Source: a virus. From it: DNA of 64,000 nt. The stretch covers positions 1-64,000 of the IMG/VR virus record IMGVR_UViG_3300030419_004857; one strand, written 5' to 3'. Numbering within the stretch: the stretch's first letter is position 1; each line of letters opens with the position of its first letter. Position numbers and translations under genes: made by a program. This document shows, one piece after another, positions 54,014-64,000 of the stretch. The notes below the pieces were generated by a model. That model saw only the letters and a list, made by a program, of their open reading frames with translations, was not told the DNA's origin and searched no databases.

Positions 54014-55974
54014 TGTCAGTTTCATTTCACCCCAATGCAGCAGCCGGTGCTTCGTATTTAATACCAACCCCCTTTGTCAGTGTGGGTAAAACTTTTGACA
54101 AGTCTGGTTCTGGAGAAATTTTAGGGGTAAGATATGCTATCACCTTAACCGGAACTCTTATTTACGATAGAGGATCACCCAACTCATCTGGGGGTTTCTC
54201 TTCCTCGGACGCTACCGAAACCATTGCGGCTGATGCAGAATATGCATCCATACAAGCTAAACAAAAAGCGATAATGAATTTGTTTAGTAAGAAAAACGAA
54301 GGTGGATTGTTACATGTGGATAATCCAAAGGCTGGCGCTGTCGGTTTTAAATGTTATCCCAGAATTATATCTGTTGATATGCCGACTCATGATCCGGGTA
54401 GGCCCACCATGGCGGCATATACTATAGTTTTAGAGGCGGATAAATTAATTGGCCCAACAGGCGTATTAAATGATGAGGATGATTGGGAAAGATTAAATAA
54501 GTGGCTAGTTTCTTCGGCAAGTGAAAGTTGGACTATAAATGAGAATGAGGGCGGAAAAGCTATCACTATGGCTTCTGGCCCTATCACCAAAGTGGAAAAA
54601 ACCTACACTCTTACCAGAAATATTAGCGCTACCGGCAAAGGCAAATTTGATACTAGTACAGCAGCGGCAGATGGGCTTAAGGGTGATGACTTTAGTACTA
54701 AATACGTGGAAGATGTGGTTACTTCCTCTGGAGGAGCAGAACCAACATACACAACAGTCGCAAAAGATGGGCAGGCTTGGCAACAAGCTAGAGGCTTTGT
54801 CTATGACATTCTGAAGTATGGAAATGTCTTTTTGGTAGGGGAGCAAGCTAACAGTACCAATACCATGGATGCTAATGGTATTAATTTACCTGACGGATAC
54901 GATGGGTACAACTATGTAAGAAGTGAAACGGTGGACGAGCTTGGCGGCACTTTTAGTGCTACCGAAAGTTGGATATTGCTTCCAGATGGTCATAATAAAG
55001 TAACTGAAACTGTTGAAAGTTCTCTTAGTCAATCTCAAGATACCGGAATAATAAAGGTGTCAATAAATGGCACAATACAAGGAGTGGGAACTCAAAATAA
55101 GGATGCTACTTTACCCGGCACTGAGGCTGCGGATACCACTGTAGATTTTGATGACAAGTATGCCAACGCCACAGCTAGACTAACCGGAATAGAAGGTAAG
55201 TTATACCTGACGGCTCAGGATTTATTACGGGATAATGCTGCGTATAGTAGCACGGTTCTTAACCCAACCCCATTATCTAAAACCGTTGGCAGGAATCCCT
55301 ATACAGGGACTATCACATATAGTTTAGAGTTTGACAATAGGCCCACATTTGCTATACCGGGTGTCAGAAGTGAAACCATTACAGTCAATGACACATATCC
55401 GGGCTATGTAGCAGCCACTACTCAGGTTATAGGCAGGGCTTTAGGTCCGGTTCTACAAAGTATAGGAACTCAAACTGTGTGGGAGCGCTCTCTTAGTATA
55501 TCATGCGTTGTAGACACTTCCGGTGGTTATTGTACGGGGCTAACAGATGATACTGGGGCGGCAGTGACCCAACCTACCAATCAGACTGATTGCGAGGCCG
55601 ATCCCGGTGGAACAGGAACTGCTGGTACTTGGTCTCCGGGTGGGAATAATGCATTGGGGAATCCAGAGGTTGATTTTTATGCTTCTTCTATGGCGGCTAA
55701 GCCCAGTCATGTACAAACCCAAAGAGAGGCGATAATAAAAATTATTGATCAATTCAATCCCGCTAAGGCGGGGACGCATGATGGCACACCCACTGGCACT
55801 CCTCTCATAAATGTGTTTTTTACAAAGTCGCCTTCAGAAACATGGAATCCTAGAACTGGAGCTTGGACATTTGATGTTTCGTGGACTTATGAGCCATATC
55901 TAACGTATCAATTCATACCTCTCGGTACTCCCCAAACTAATTCGGCAGCACCATATCCGAAGACGATTATTTAA
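54013..55974 (+). CDS. Distal tail/baseplate protein
   Basis: Synteny after TMP; beta-rich. Confidence 0.55.
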   Translation: MSVSFHPNAAAGASYLIPTPFVSVGKTFDKSGSGEILGVRYAITLTGTLIYDRGSPNSSGGFSSSDATETIAADAEYASIQAKQKAIMNLFSKKNEGGLLHVDNPKAGAVGFKCYPRIISVDMPTHDPGRPTMAAYTIVLEADKLIGPTGVLNDEDDWERLNKWLVSSASESWTINENEGGKAITMASGPITKVEKTYTLTRNISATGKGKFDTSTAAADGLKGDDFSTKYVEDVVTSSGGAEPTYTTVAKDGQAWQQARGFVYDILKYGNVFLVGEQANSTNTMDANGINLPDGYDGYNYVRSETVDELGGTFSATESWILLPDGHNKVTETVESSLSQSQDTGIIKVSINGTIQGVGTQNKDATLPGTEAADTTVDFDDKYANATARLTGIEGKLYLTAQDLLRDNAAYSSTVLNPTPLSKTVGRNPYTGTITYSLEFDNRPTFAIPGVRSETITVNDTYPGYVAATTQVIGRALGPVLQSIGTQTVWERSLSISCVVDTSGGYCTGLTDDTGAAVTQPTNQTDCEADPGGTGTAGTWSPGGNNALGNPEVDFYASSMAAKPSHVQTQREAIIKIIDQFNPAKAGTHDGTPTGTPLINVFFTKSPSETWNPRTGAWTFDVSWTYEPYLTYQFIPLGTPQTNSAAPYPKTII

Positions 55975-55984
55975 GGAATAAACT

Positions 55985-58900
55985 ATGGCACACGGTGAAG
56001 AACTTATTACATCGCCAGTTGTTCAACAGAGCTTCTTTGGGGCTTCGATTACTAATTTTTCCGTCAACATCGGATTTAATAGTAACTCTTCTAGCCTTAA
56101 TCTTTCCTTGGTGGAAGATAATAAATTTAAAGAAGGGAAAATTCCCAATATAAATAATGGTGTTGCGAGAGGAAGCTCGGTCTGGGAGGGGTATCATCCT
56201 TGGGATCATTCTGCTCACCCCGTAACGACTATGGGTGATTGTCGTGAGCTTCAAATCGGCGCTGCGCGCCCGTTGGCTGATTATGGAGACTTCTTTTGTC
56301 CTCCCACACCCGGAGAACCTGCGTATTTTAAATATTATGACGGTGTTGGAAGCTTGGTTTTTTCCTATAACGGAATTGTAAATCGATACGAAAGAAGTCA
56401 GGGTGGCAGTGGAACTACTTATAGTGTCAGTATCTCAGATCCACGAATGATACTAGAAGGTTCCCAGCTTATTTTTGACAAGTATATGGGAACTACCGCA
56501 CCGGCAGATGCCTCTCACAGCTTAGTGACTTCTCCTTTTGCCAGAACATATACCAACGGCTGGTTGGGGTATTATAATTTAATTAACGTATTTGGATATT
56601 ATGAAGGCGTTCAATACGGAGCGGCATTGAAGACTGACGCGGGGATGCCTTGGTTAAAAGTTTTGGATGCTATGAACATTATGCTTACATCTAATTCTAT
56701 ACCGGGGACGACGGTGGCTCCCTATATGCCTAATGAACCGTATGGCGGGCCTTTATATTACTTACCTAAGAGCGCTCCCGGTGCTCCAATATCTACTTCT
56801 CCAGTTAATGCCCATAGGTATAAAGTAGATGTAATGGATCTAGCTTTATTAAGCGGAACGCGCAACCCGACGACTCCCACAAACAAAGGGGGTATAATTC
56901 CAGATGATTTTAGAATCTCTGGAACAAGCATGAGCATAATGAGTTTTATACAACAGGTTTGTGACACAGGTGCAGCAGACTTCTTTGTTGAATTACAAGA
57001 AGATGGACCTATTTCAGAATATGACAATGCTGGAAATTTGATTGCTACTCATTCAAGTCCCTTCGCCGGGGTTATAAAAGTAAGAGTGATACCAAGGAAT
57101 CGTCCTGTAGTACTAGGAAAAATTAGAGCAGAAATCAACAGGGCTACTACCCTCCCCGACCCCACCACCGGATTAAGCACCTCCACGGGTCCGTGGGCCA
57201 ATAGAGTTGTCTCCTCTAGTCTAGGTTACGAATTTACTGATCCTGAAGTTGGCACTATGATGATTGGTGCTCCTAGAACAAGAGTTATTGGGGTTACTCC
57301 TTTAGGGGCTGCTAAACTTAGATCTGAATATGCTGTTGGGGCTGATGTTCTTGTAGAAGTATATCCAGATGGCGAATTCGACGGCGTTAAGATGAATGGT
57401 TATCCAACTGATTTGTCAACATTAGAAGCATTGAAGCCTCAAGATCCTCAATTCCCCAGTACTTCACCAACAGAAGTTACAAGAAACGACAACTATCTTA
57501 ATTGGTTCTGGGGTTTGCATGGAAATAACCTCGACAAATCAGTAAGGCAATTAAATTCTGTTGAAGAAGGACAAGACGGAATGATAGACATGTTTCCTTG
57601 CTGGGGTTTTCACACTGTGACCCCCGTAGGAACTTCTCATGGCGCGGTTGTTTCAGTAGAAAGCAAGGGAATGCCCATACTAGGGCGATTTCATGATGAC
57701 AGTCCGTATAGAGATTTTGATAAAAGATATGGAATTTTTTCTAGTCATGAAGATCATGGCGTGCTGGAATGGGTAAAGGGTGGAGATAAGGCGACTGGAA
57801 CTGTGGCCGATGCAAGATGTTTAGGTGGCCCACTTGGTAAATACAACGCTTCTTGTCCAGCAAGTCGTAATGTTTCAGTTCCAAGCGCAACTTATAATGT
57901 TCCAAGATTTCGTACACAATCTGATTCAAATATTGCGTGTAGTTCAACCTCTCAAACTGCTGCGTGTAAAGCTATAGATCTTAGTAGTCCTTTTAAGTCT
58001 CCGGTAAGTGCTACTATTCCTATTGACTTGGGGATGATCGGTTATGGTGGTGGTCCCACTGGAATCAATGGAGATTTTAGTAATTATTATTATGCGACTG
58101 TTACAGAATTAAGACATGCCATTCAGGGAAAAGAAGACTGGTTAAAATATATGAGAGATTATCAGCCATTTTTGCCGTGTTATATGGGCTGGAATGGTTA
58201 TTGTCCTATACAAAATATGAATGGTCCGGCGACGGGTAGGGCGATTGCAGGTACTATAGGTCAGGGGCTGAATGTTGGAGCAAACGGTCAACAGCAGAAC
58301 CAAGCCGGTCGTCGTGCTGATGGTAGAAATTCTGAAGACACTTCGGTCGGGGCAATGCAAGCGGCTCAGGCTAGGCAAAAAAAGGCTGTAGCTGCTATAA
58401 TGGCGGAACAGCAAAATCACGCTTTTAAACAGATTAGTAATATAGCTAATAATTATTATGGTAAAAAATACTTAGTTCCTCTACCATATGCTGGACAGTT
58501 TGATGTCTTTGGCGATATGGATAATTGGATTAAAAGAATAGATGCAGCATCTATGCAGTTTGAATTGAGATGGGATATTAGCAATGCTGGCTGGGCTGGA
58601 GAGATAAAGATTGCAGATCCAGATCCCGTCACCGGAAATGCCAATCCAGAAGAGGGAAAAAGATATCCTCATAATGTCAATTTTTATGATGAAGATGGAA
58701 AGCTCGGTGCTTTTGTGGCATTTCCCACTAAGGAGAAGATGAGGGGTTCTAAGCAGATGGCCTTTTTAGATTTTGGATCGATTTCTCCAGACGACATACA
58801 TAGCACACCCTTGGCTAATAATAGTATGGGGGGAGATTCAGAAGGAAAAACTTATGTAAAGGCTAATGTGGATACTAAGACTTATTGGATGTTAGATGCT

Positions 58901-59701
58901 CCTGCAATTGATATTCATAATAATAATGTTACCTCTGCTACTGTTAGACCTTTTGCGTTAATAACTATTAATTCTCCTGTACATTGGTCCACTGACGACT
59001 CCCTTAATATTGGTGGTGGTAAACAAATAACAATTCCTTTGGGGGGATATGCCGACAGTAGACAGATTGACAATTCCAATATAGCTGCGGCGATTGCTGG
59101 AATATATGGAGCGCAGGTTTGGTCTGGAACTGACCTTTCTAAAGCCAATGCTGGACCTTCCAGTGGTGTAGGTCAAATGGCGATGGCCCCGGCTAGATAT
59201 AAACCATGGATGTCTGCTATTCCACAGAGAAGCAACAGATTTACTTGGGGTCCGTGGGCTGCTGGAGTGAATTTTGGCAAGGCAAAATTTATAGATGACA
59301 GTAGTTATTCTCCAGAAAGTTTTGGCAGTGAGGCTTTGATGAATTCAGCAGCTAAAAGTAAAGTACTGACATTGCAAGATCCCAATGTTTTTGTTGAGAG
59401 TGGTAATGTTACACTTACAGGCTTACCAGACCCTCAATATAGCTTGGGGGCGCAGATGCTAGGTGTTGGTCCTACCATTTCAGATATTTCCGTGGATATC
59501 GGGTCGGGTGGAATTACCACATCTTACACTATGCAGACTCAGGCAAAATTCGGAGATACACAAAGCATCTTTGAAAATAGGATAACAAAACTACAAGAAG
59601 ATGCGATGGAGAATTCTAAAAAGATGGCAGCATCTCTTAAGAAGACGAAATTAATTTCGTTTAGAGATCTGGCGGGTAAATTTAACGACCTCAATAAATA
59701 A
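55985..59701 (+). CDS. Baseplate hub/tail-tip protein (1238 aa)
   Basis: Synteny; C-terminal ISDISVDIGSGGITTSY pattern. Confidence 0.55.
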   Translation: MAHGEELITSPVVQQSFFGASITNFSVNIGFNSNSSSLNLSLVEDNKFKEGKIPNINNGVARGSSVWEGYHPWDHSAHPVTTMGDCRELQIGAARPLADYGDFFCPPTPGEPAYFKYYDGVGSLVFSYNGIVNRYERSQGGSGTTYSVSISDPRMILEGSQLIFDKYMGTTAPADASHSLVTSPFARTYTNGWLGYYNLINVFGYYEGVQYGAALKTDAGMPWLKVLDAMNIMLTSNSIPGTTVAPYMPNEPYGGPLYYLPKSAPGAPISTSPVNAHRYKVDVMDLALLSGTRNPTTPTNKGGIIPDDFRISGTSMSIMSFIQQVCDTGAADFFVELQEDGPISEYDNAGNLIATHSSPFAGVIKVRVIPRNRPVVLGKIRAEINRATTLPDPTTGLSTSTGPWANRVVSSSLGYEFTDPEVGTMMIGAPRTRVIGVTPLGAAKLRSEYAVGADVLVEVYPDGEFDGVKMNGYPTDLSTLEALKPQDPQFPSTSPTEVTRNDNYLNWFWGLHGNNLDKSVRQLNSVEEGQDGMIDMFPCWGFHTVTPVGTSHGAVVSVESKGMPILGRFHDDSPYRDFDKRYGIFSSHEDHGVLEWVKGGDKATGTVADARCLGGPLGKYNASCPASRNVSVPSATYNVPRFRTQSDSNIACSSTSQTAACKAIDLSSPFKSPVSATIPIDLGMIGYGGGPTGINGDFSNYYYATVTELRHAIQGKEDWLKYMRDYQPFLPCYMGWNGYCPIQNMNGPATGRAIAGTIGQGLNVGANGQQQNQAGRRADGRNSEDTSVGAMQAAQARQKKAVAAIMAEQQNHAFKQISNIANNYYGKKYLVPLPYAGQFDVFGDMDNWIKRIDAASMQFELRWDISNAGWAGEIKIADPDPVTGNANPEEGKRYPHNVNFYDEDGKLGAFVAFPTKEKMRGSKQMAFLDFGSISPDDIHSTPLANNSMGGDSEGKTYVKANVDTKTYWMLDAPAIDIHNNNVTSATVRPFALITINSPVHWSTDDSLNIGGGKQITIPLGGYADSRQIDNSNIAAAIAGIYGAQVWSGTDLSKANAGPSSGVGQMAMAPARYKPWMSAIPQRSNRFTWGPWAAGVNFGKAKFIDDSSYSPESFGSEALMNSAAKSKVLTLQDPNVFVESGNVTLTGLPDPQYSLGAQMLGVGPTISDISVDIGSGGITTSYTMQTQAKFGDTQSIFENRITKLQEDAMENSKKMAASLKKTKLISFRDLAGKFNDLNK

Positions 59702-59718
59702 ATATCTAGGAATAAAAA

Positions 59719-61566
59719 ATGCCTCAAGAACCACAAAATACAGATACTCAGAGGGAAAGGTCCGACGAGAATCATGTAATGCTGGGCGGAAAGCTGGTCA
59801 GAAAGACCTACATTTTGTCGGATGATCAAGGTAACCCTCTTCAGGGAATGGATAAAGATGGCGTAACTGGCAATTTGGACAGGGGGGACAAGTCTCCAGT
59901 TATTGATACAGCCACTTTGGGTTCTTTTAAAGGAAATTTTCCTCAGATTATAGAACAAGATCCTAACGATCCCACCAGAACAATTCTTAGCGATAAGCAT
60001 TGGAATGATCAAGCTGGCATGAGTATGGACGGGTTGCTTATTCCGTATTCAGCCGAGTTCGTTACGACGGGTCCACAGGGATCTCTAACAAATGTTCCTA
60101 TTCCTAGCGGTGACCTCCCGTCTTTTTGGAAGCCTGTTGGTATTGGTAATGAATCTCTTATAGATTGGTGGAACGTTGGCTCGGGTGTTATTACGTCTGC
60201 CACATTAAATCCTCTGGCCAGTGGTCATAATATAGAGTATGTTGTTCGAAACTCTAACATGACAGACCTATCTGTCAGAAGCGAGGTGGGAGGCTATGCT
60301 AAATCAGCTAGACCTCTGGGTAAGGTAGCAGAAATTACCAGTCAGAACACGGACGACGCTAATCAAGCAGCTAGACCCATTGGGCTGCGTGGTCCTATGG
60401 TGGTTTCTGGGTGGGGGTATGATATTGATGGTCGTCCAGTCCCCAATGCAAAATATGATGCCGACAGAAGAGTCCCATATAGCTCTGGTGGTGGTGGAGA
60501 TGTAGATAATGTCGGCCTACCGGTTGAATTACAGCATAGTAAAACACGGGCACATTTGAACTTTTTACCACATCATCTTCAAAGAACAGATAGATGGAAA
60601 AGTGGGCCAGTGGATCTTAGATGGGATAGAGAAAGAAAGGTCTGGGTTGGCGGCAGATTTAACGGTGTCTATCTCAGTAAAGCTGTAAAATGTATTTTAC
60701 CAAAGGCGGGGTTAGACGGAAAAAACTCTTTCAACTTTGGTATAAACGATAATGTAACTAATCCCGGCAGACTTTATAGAAATCCATGTCCTCAAACTAG
60801 TTGCACATATGAAACATATTTTAATACTAGTACATATTATCCCGATATAGAAATATATGACCCAGAAGACAAGGAGTGGTGTGGAAATTGTGAAGTGGTA
60901 AAAATAGGAACCGGAACCGCTGCAAAATATGCTGTTGAATGTTCACAATTTTCTACCACCTGTACTCCCTTTTACGACGCTGTTATTGTAAGATCTGTGG
61001 ATCACACGGTAAGAGGAAGAAACGTATATTCAGATTGTGGTGATAAATTTAGTAAAGTTTCCGGTGGAAGCCCGCAAAGCAGAAGAATGGGAGATCCATG
61101 TCATAGATTTGGTGGCAGCGCCTTAGCGCAGAATAGTTTGGGTCCAGAACCATTACATGCTATTATGCCCCCCGTTGCCACAGGAGTTAATGCTAAGTAT
61201 TCTGAAGCTGCTAAGGCAATTTTGTATCAAAAAATACTGATTGAAAATCCTTTAAATCAAGGTTTAATGCTAGGAGACTCTTTTCTTAGTTATGATACTG
61301 GTAGAAGAGTAGCTATATCTTATTCTAAATCAGATAGAGCAACAGGTTGTTCAGGTGGAAATCCAATAACGGTTCAAGAAATATTACCCGTACATGTTAT
61401 ATTGCAAGCAGAGTTTTTCAGTGCCGAAGTGCTGACTCACGCCAATTGTTCACAGGGAGAGTTTAGTAATTGTACGAAAAAACTATTTTTCCAAGGTATG
61501 TCTACACTGGAAGACTGCGGGCCGGATGATGACTACCCGCAAACAGCAATAACAACGGGTGTATAG
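59719..61566 (+). CDS. Tail-tip protein with Cys-rich C-half
   Basis: ORF track; LRGPMVVSGWGYD..G.PVP and W..GPVDLRWD motifs. Confidence 0.6.
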   Translation: MPQEPQNTDTQRERSDENHVMLGGKLVRKTYILSDDQGNPLQGMDKDGVTGNLDRGDKSPVIDTATLGSFKGNFPQIIEQDPNDPTRTILSDKHWNDQAGMSMDGLLIPYSAEFVTTGPQGSLTNVPIPSGDLPSFWKPVGIGNESLIDWWNVGSGVITSATLNPLASGHNIEYVVRNSNMTDLSVRSEVGGYAKSARPLGKVAEITSQNTDDANQAARPIGLRGPMVVSGWGYDIDGRPVPNAKYDADRRVPYSSGGGGDVDNVGLPVELQHSKTRAHLNFLPHHLQRTDRWKSGPVDLRWDRERKVWVGGRFNGVYLSKAVKCILPKAGLDGKNSFNFGINDNVTNPGRLYRNPCPQTSCTYETYFNTSTYYPDIEIYDPEDKEWCGNCEVVKIGTGTAAKYAVECSQFSTTCTPFYDAVIVRSVDHTVRGRNVYSDCGDKFSKVSGGSPQSRRMGDPCHRFGGSALAQNSLGPEPLHAIMPPVATGVNAKYSEAAKAILYQKILIENPLNQGLMLGDSFLSYDTGRRVAISYSKSDRATGCSGGNPITVQEILPVHVILQAEFFSAEVLTHANCSQGEFSNCTKKLFFQGMSTLEDCGPDDDYPQTAITTGV

Positions 61567-61574
61567 GAACAGTA

Positions 61575-64000
61575 ATGGCTATAGGCGACAATTTTGACAC
61601 AACTCCTCCGGGGTATACAAACCAGACCACTGGAAGGAAGTCTGGCCATGGCGTAATTAGTCAGTATCCGGGTCATTATACCGACGACAATCAAGGACAT
61701 CCTTGTAATATAGGATGTGGCTGTAAATCCGCTTGTAGATCTGGAACTGAGTCCGATCCCGCCGCTAGATGCACACTACCCCCAGAGCTAACTATATATA
61801 TTACTAAAGCTGGAAGTAGAACTTCGGCTAGACAGAACATCTCCTCAAACCAATCCACTGAGATAGTACACCTAGTTTATACTAAAGCTTTGGGCGGGGT
61901 TGGCGCTTGGAGAGGTAGAAAATGTTGTCAATTTGACGCAAATGGCAACGAGCTTTGCGATCCATGTGATGTTACTACCGACAAAGATGGAAATAAAACA
62001 GATTGTTCATATAGTGGTCAAGAAGGGACAACACGTAATCGTCCGATATTCCACCCGACGACCGGACAACTGATTGGCCATAGCACTGGTCCCCCCGGAG
62101 GCACTAGAAGAAATGATCTAAATATGCCTGACGGAGATCCGGCTGGTGGTAGATGTCTTCAAGATGGAGACACTCCAAATCAGTTTATGGCTTGTAGGTC
62201 TTATACAGATGCCAATTTCAACAATCTTTATGGACAAGTGAATTTTGAACAGTGTCATAACGGATTTTGTATTGATGGTGCTGGAAATGTTTTGGGTTAT
62301 GATAAAAGAGCTTGTTGTGCTGGTGGATTTACTTGGAAATATCCCCGCTGCTTAGACAGTTCTGGAAATCCGGTTGGTGGTAGCTGTGCAGGAGATGCGT
62401 TAGATGGTTCGGATTGTAGTACTAAATCCGAGTGTGATTGTACGTTAGCAGAAGGCTGCGCGTGGGTGGAGGAATTTGATGAATGGGAATGTTCTGCGCA
62501 GTATAAATCTAGCGGATACACATGGTCTCATAGCTGGATTACTGACCCCTCATCCGCAGATGTAAACGAATGTTGTGGTGGTCAGATTATTTCTGACAAG
62601 GCCCCATCTCATCAACCTGCCGTATCTGGTGGTGGAGGTGAAGGATCTTTAGAGAAAGCAAAGGGGCAGCTTACCTGTATTACTCCTTATAAGGAATATA
62701 TTCTTATACCCGGCGGCGCGCCTAACTTTCAATATGGGTGTAAAGCTGTAGACAATCCAACTCCAGAAGTTAGAAATGATCTTGGAAAAGCTGGCTCGGC
62801 AGGCGTATTTACTTTAATTATAAGAGAGTGTAACTATAACGATAATTGTCTTGATTCACCTAGCGCGCAAGATGATAGTTTGATAGGAAAAGAGACCGTT
62901 TTATATATACCAATTGATCAAATGATTAATTGTTCTGATTTTCGTCTTCCATTTGATCAAAGAACTGCTGAGTTAGGAAATCCAGCAGGGTTTTATCCAG
63001 AAGACGTAAACTGGTGTAATGATCCAGACGAAAATCGTGATGGTACTGCGGACATTAACGGAGAAGGATGCTCTCGTTTTTTGTATCAGGAAAGCGGCGT
63101 GATTCGAGATCGTACTATATATGAGAATGGGGCGCATCAGCTACATCAATTAAACTTGCAGGCCCAGCCATTCAAAGCAACAGAAAGTAACCAGTTAACG
63201 GCTAAAAGTTTAGATCAAGCAAGAGCAGATCAAGCAGCCCACTATGGCTGTGTGTGCGGGGCTGGAGTAGATTGCCCAGACTGTTTAATGGACATAAATC
63301 ACGGATTGGCATATTGGTTTGAAAATGATTTTGTTGGCACTGATTCGGCTTGTTCACAAGCCCGAACTCAAATTAAAGGTATTATTGATGGAGCGGCTAG
63401 TGCGAGAGAGGTATGGAGTTGTCATGATGATTGTGGTGACCCGTCTGGATACTTACATTATTGGTCTGGAGGATTAGAAGGTATAATTTATAGTTCGTCT
63501 CTGGTTGGAGACAGCGGTCTTTATACCGGAAGATTGGGCTATTGGGGCGCTACTGGATTATATCCTGCAAACATATATACTCCATATCAGCCTGAAAATA
63601 GTACTCCACCCATTAGCCACACTTTGGATAATTGTTATGGCTCTCATAGAGGGGGAAGATCTGGAGTTGTGGAGTTTGCCAGTAATACTTCTCCCATAGT
63701 GATTAAATCTACCAATCATGGTCTTGTGGACGATGATTTTATCAGCGTCAAGGGGGTTCTGGGCAATTTTAGCGCCAACACCTTGACGCTCGCAGAATGG
63801 AAGGCTATTTCTTGGCAGGATAAGCTGGGAGATGGTTGTGATGGGGAAGAGTGTCCTAAAATCTTTAATCCTCCGGGGCTTTGCGAAACAGCACCGTTTG
63901 ACACCAGCGGACTAGCAAGCGGATCAATAAGTCTACCTTTATGGGTTGTGGAGATTGTAGATAAAGACCATTTCCTCCTAAAGGACTGCAATGGAGATTA
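61575..64000 (+). CDS. Large Cys-rich protein, truncated at window end
   Basis: Begins MAIGDNFDTTPPGY...HPCNIGCGCKSACR. Absent from the ORF track, consistent with no stop before 64000; the frame was only spot-checked by eye. Confidence 0.7.
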   Translation, partial: MAIGDNFDTTPPGYTNQTTGRKSGHGVISQYPGHYTDDNQGHPCNIGCGCKSACRSGTESDPAARCTLPPELTIYITKAGSRTSARQNISSNQSTEIVHLVYTKALGGVGAWRGRKCCQFDANGNELCDPCDVTTDKDGNKTDCSYSGQEGTTRNRPIFHPTTGQLIGHSTGPPGGTRRNDLNMPDGDPAGGRCLQDGDTPNQFMACRSYTDANFNNLYGQVNFEQCHNGFCIDGAGNVLGYDKRACCAGGFTWKYPRCLDSSGNPVGGSCAGDALDGSDCSTKSECDCTLAEGCAWVEEFDEWECSAQYKSSGYTWSHSWITDPSSADVNECCGGQIISDKAPSHQPAVSGGGGEGSLEKAKGQLTCITPYKEYILIPGGAPNFQYGCKAVDNPTPEVRNDLGKAGSAGVFTLIIRECNYNDNCLDSPSAQDDSLIGKETVLYIPIDQMINCSDFRLPFDQRTAELGNPAGFYPEDVNWCNDPDENRDGTADINGEGCSRFLYQESGVIRDRTIYENGAHQLHQLNLQAQPFKATESNQLTAKSLDQARADQAAHYGCVCGAGVDCPDCLMDINHGLAYWFENDFVGTDSACSQARTQIKGIIDGAASAREVWSCHDDCGDPSGYLHYWSGGLEGIIYSSSLVGDSGLYTGRLGYWGATGLYPANIYTPYQPENSTPPISHTLDNCYGSHRGGRSGVVEFASNTSPIVIKSTNHGLVDDDFISVKGVLGNFSANTLTLAEWKAISWQDKLGDGCDGEECPKIFNPPGLCETAPFDTSGLASGSISLPLWVVEIVDKDHFLLKDCNGD

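Noticed and set aside
8245-64000. Stop-codon recoding
   Set aside because: Genes are full length and tile tightly in the standard code, with TAA, TAG and TGA all used as stops

Overview
Part of a large tailed dsDNA phage genome (Caudoviricetes; siphovirus-like, since there is a tail tube and a 2908-aa tape measure protein but no sheath in the window). It has two very different halves. (1) 1-~7200 is visibly GC-richer and minus-strand oriented, and looks like an early/host-takeover region. It holds at least 11 near-consensus sigma70 promoters, about 13 unannotated 16-41-aa hydrophobic micro-ORFs (several in paralogous pairs), two paralogous acidic proteins, an endonuclease VII-like gene and a truncated tRNA-Tyr-like gene with a boxA-like leader. 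It also holds 16 copies of a hairpin element whose stem sequence varies while pairing and a flanking GTYYTACCY motif are conserved. The last seven copies form a non-coding tandem array (159-195 bp period) interleaved with operator-like palindromes; tandem sigma54 boxes lie at 5110-5151. (2) ~7370-64000 is AT-richer and almost entirely plus-strand. It encodes a sigma factor, sulfotransferases, a MotA/TolQ-like three-gene membrane module, gmd, an ornithine-cyclodeaminase-family enzyme, HNH and ERCC4 nucleases, TerL, portal, protease/scaffold, capsid, fibres, neck/tail proteins, the tape measure protein and Cys-rich distal tail proteins. A putative phage late promoter (GGTGTATAAT) precedes several of these units. 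The best candidates for something undescribed are the hairpin/micropeptide early region and a tape measure protein in which four copies of a GG..DTVPAML.PGE motif bracket two inserted domains, one of them PD-(D/E)xK nuclease-like. All calls come from reading the sequence by eye; no database searches were run.
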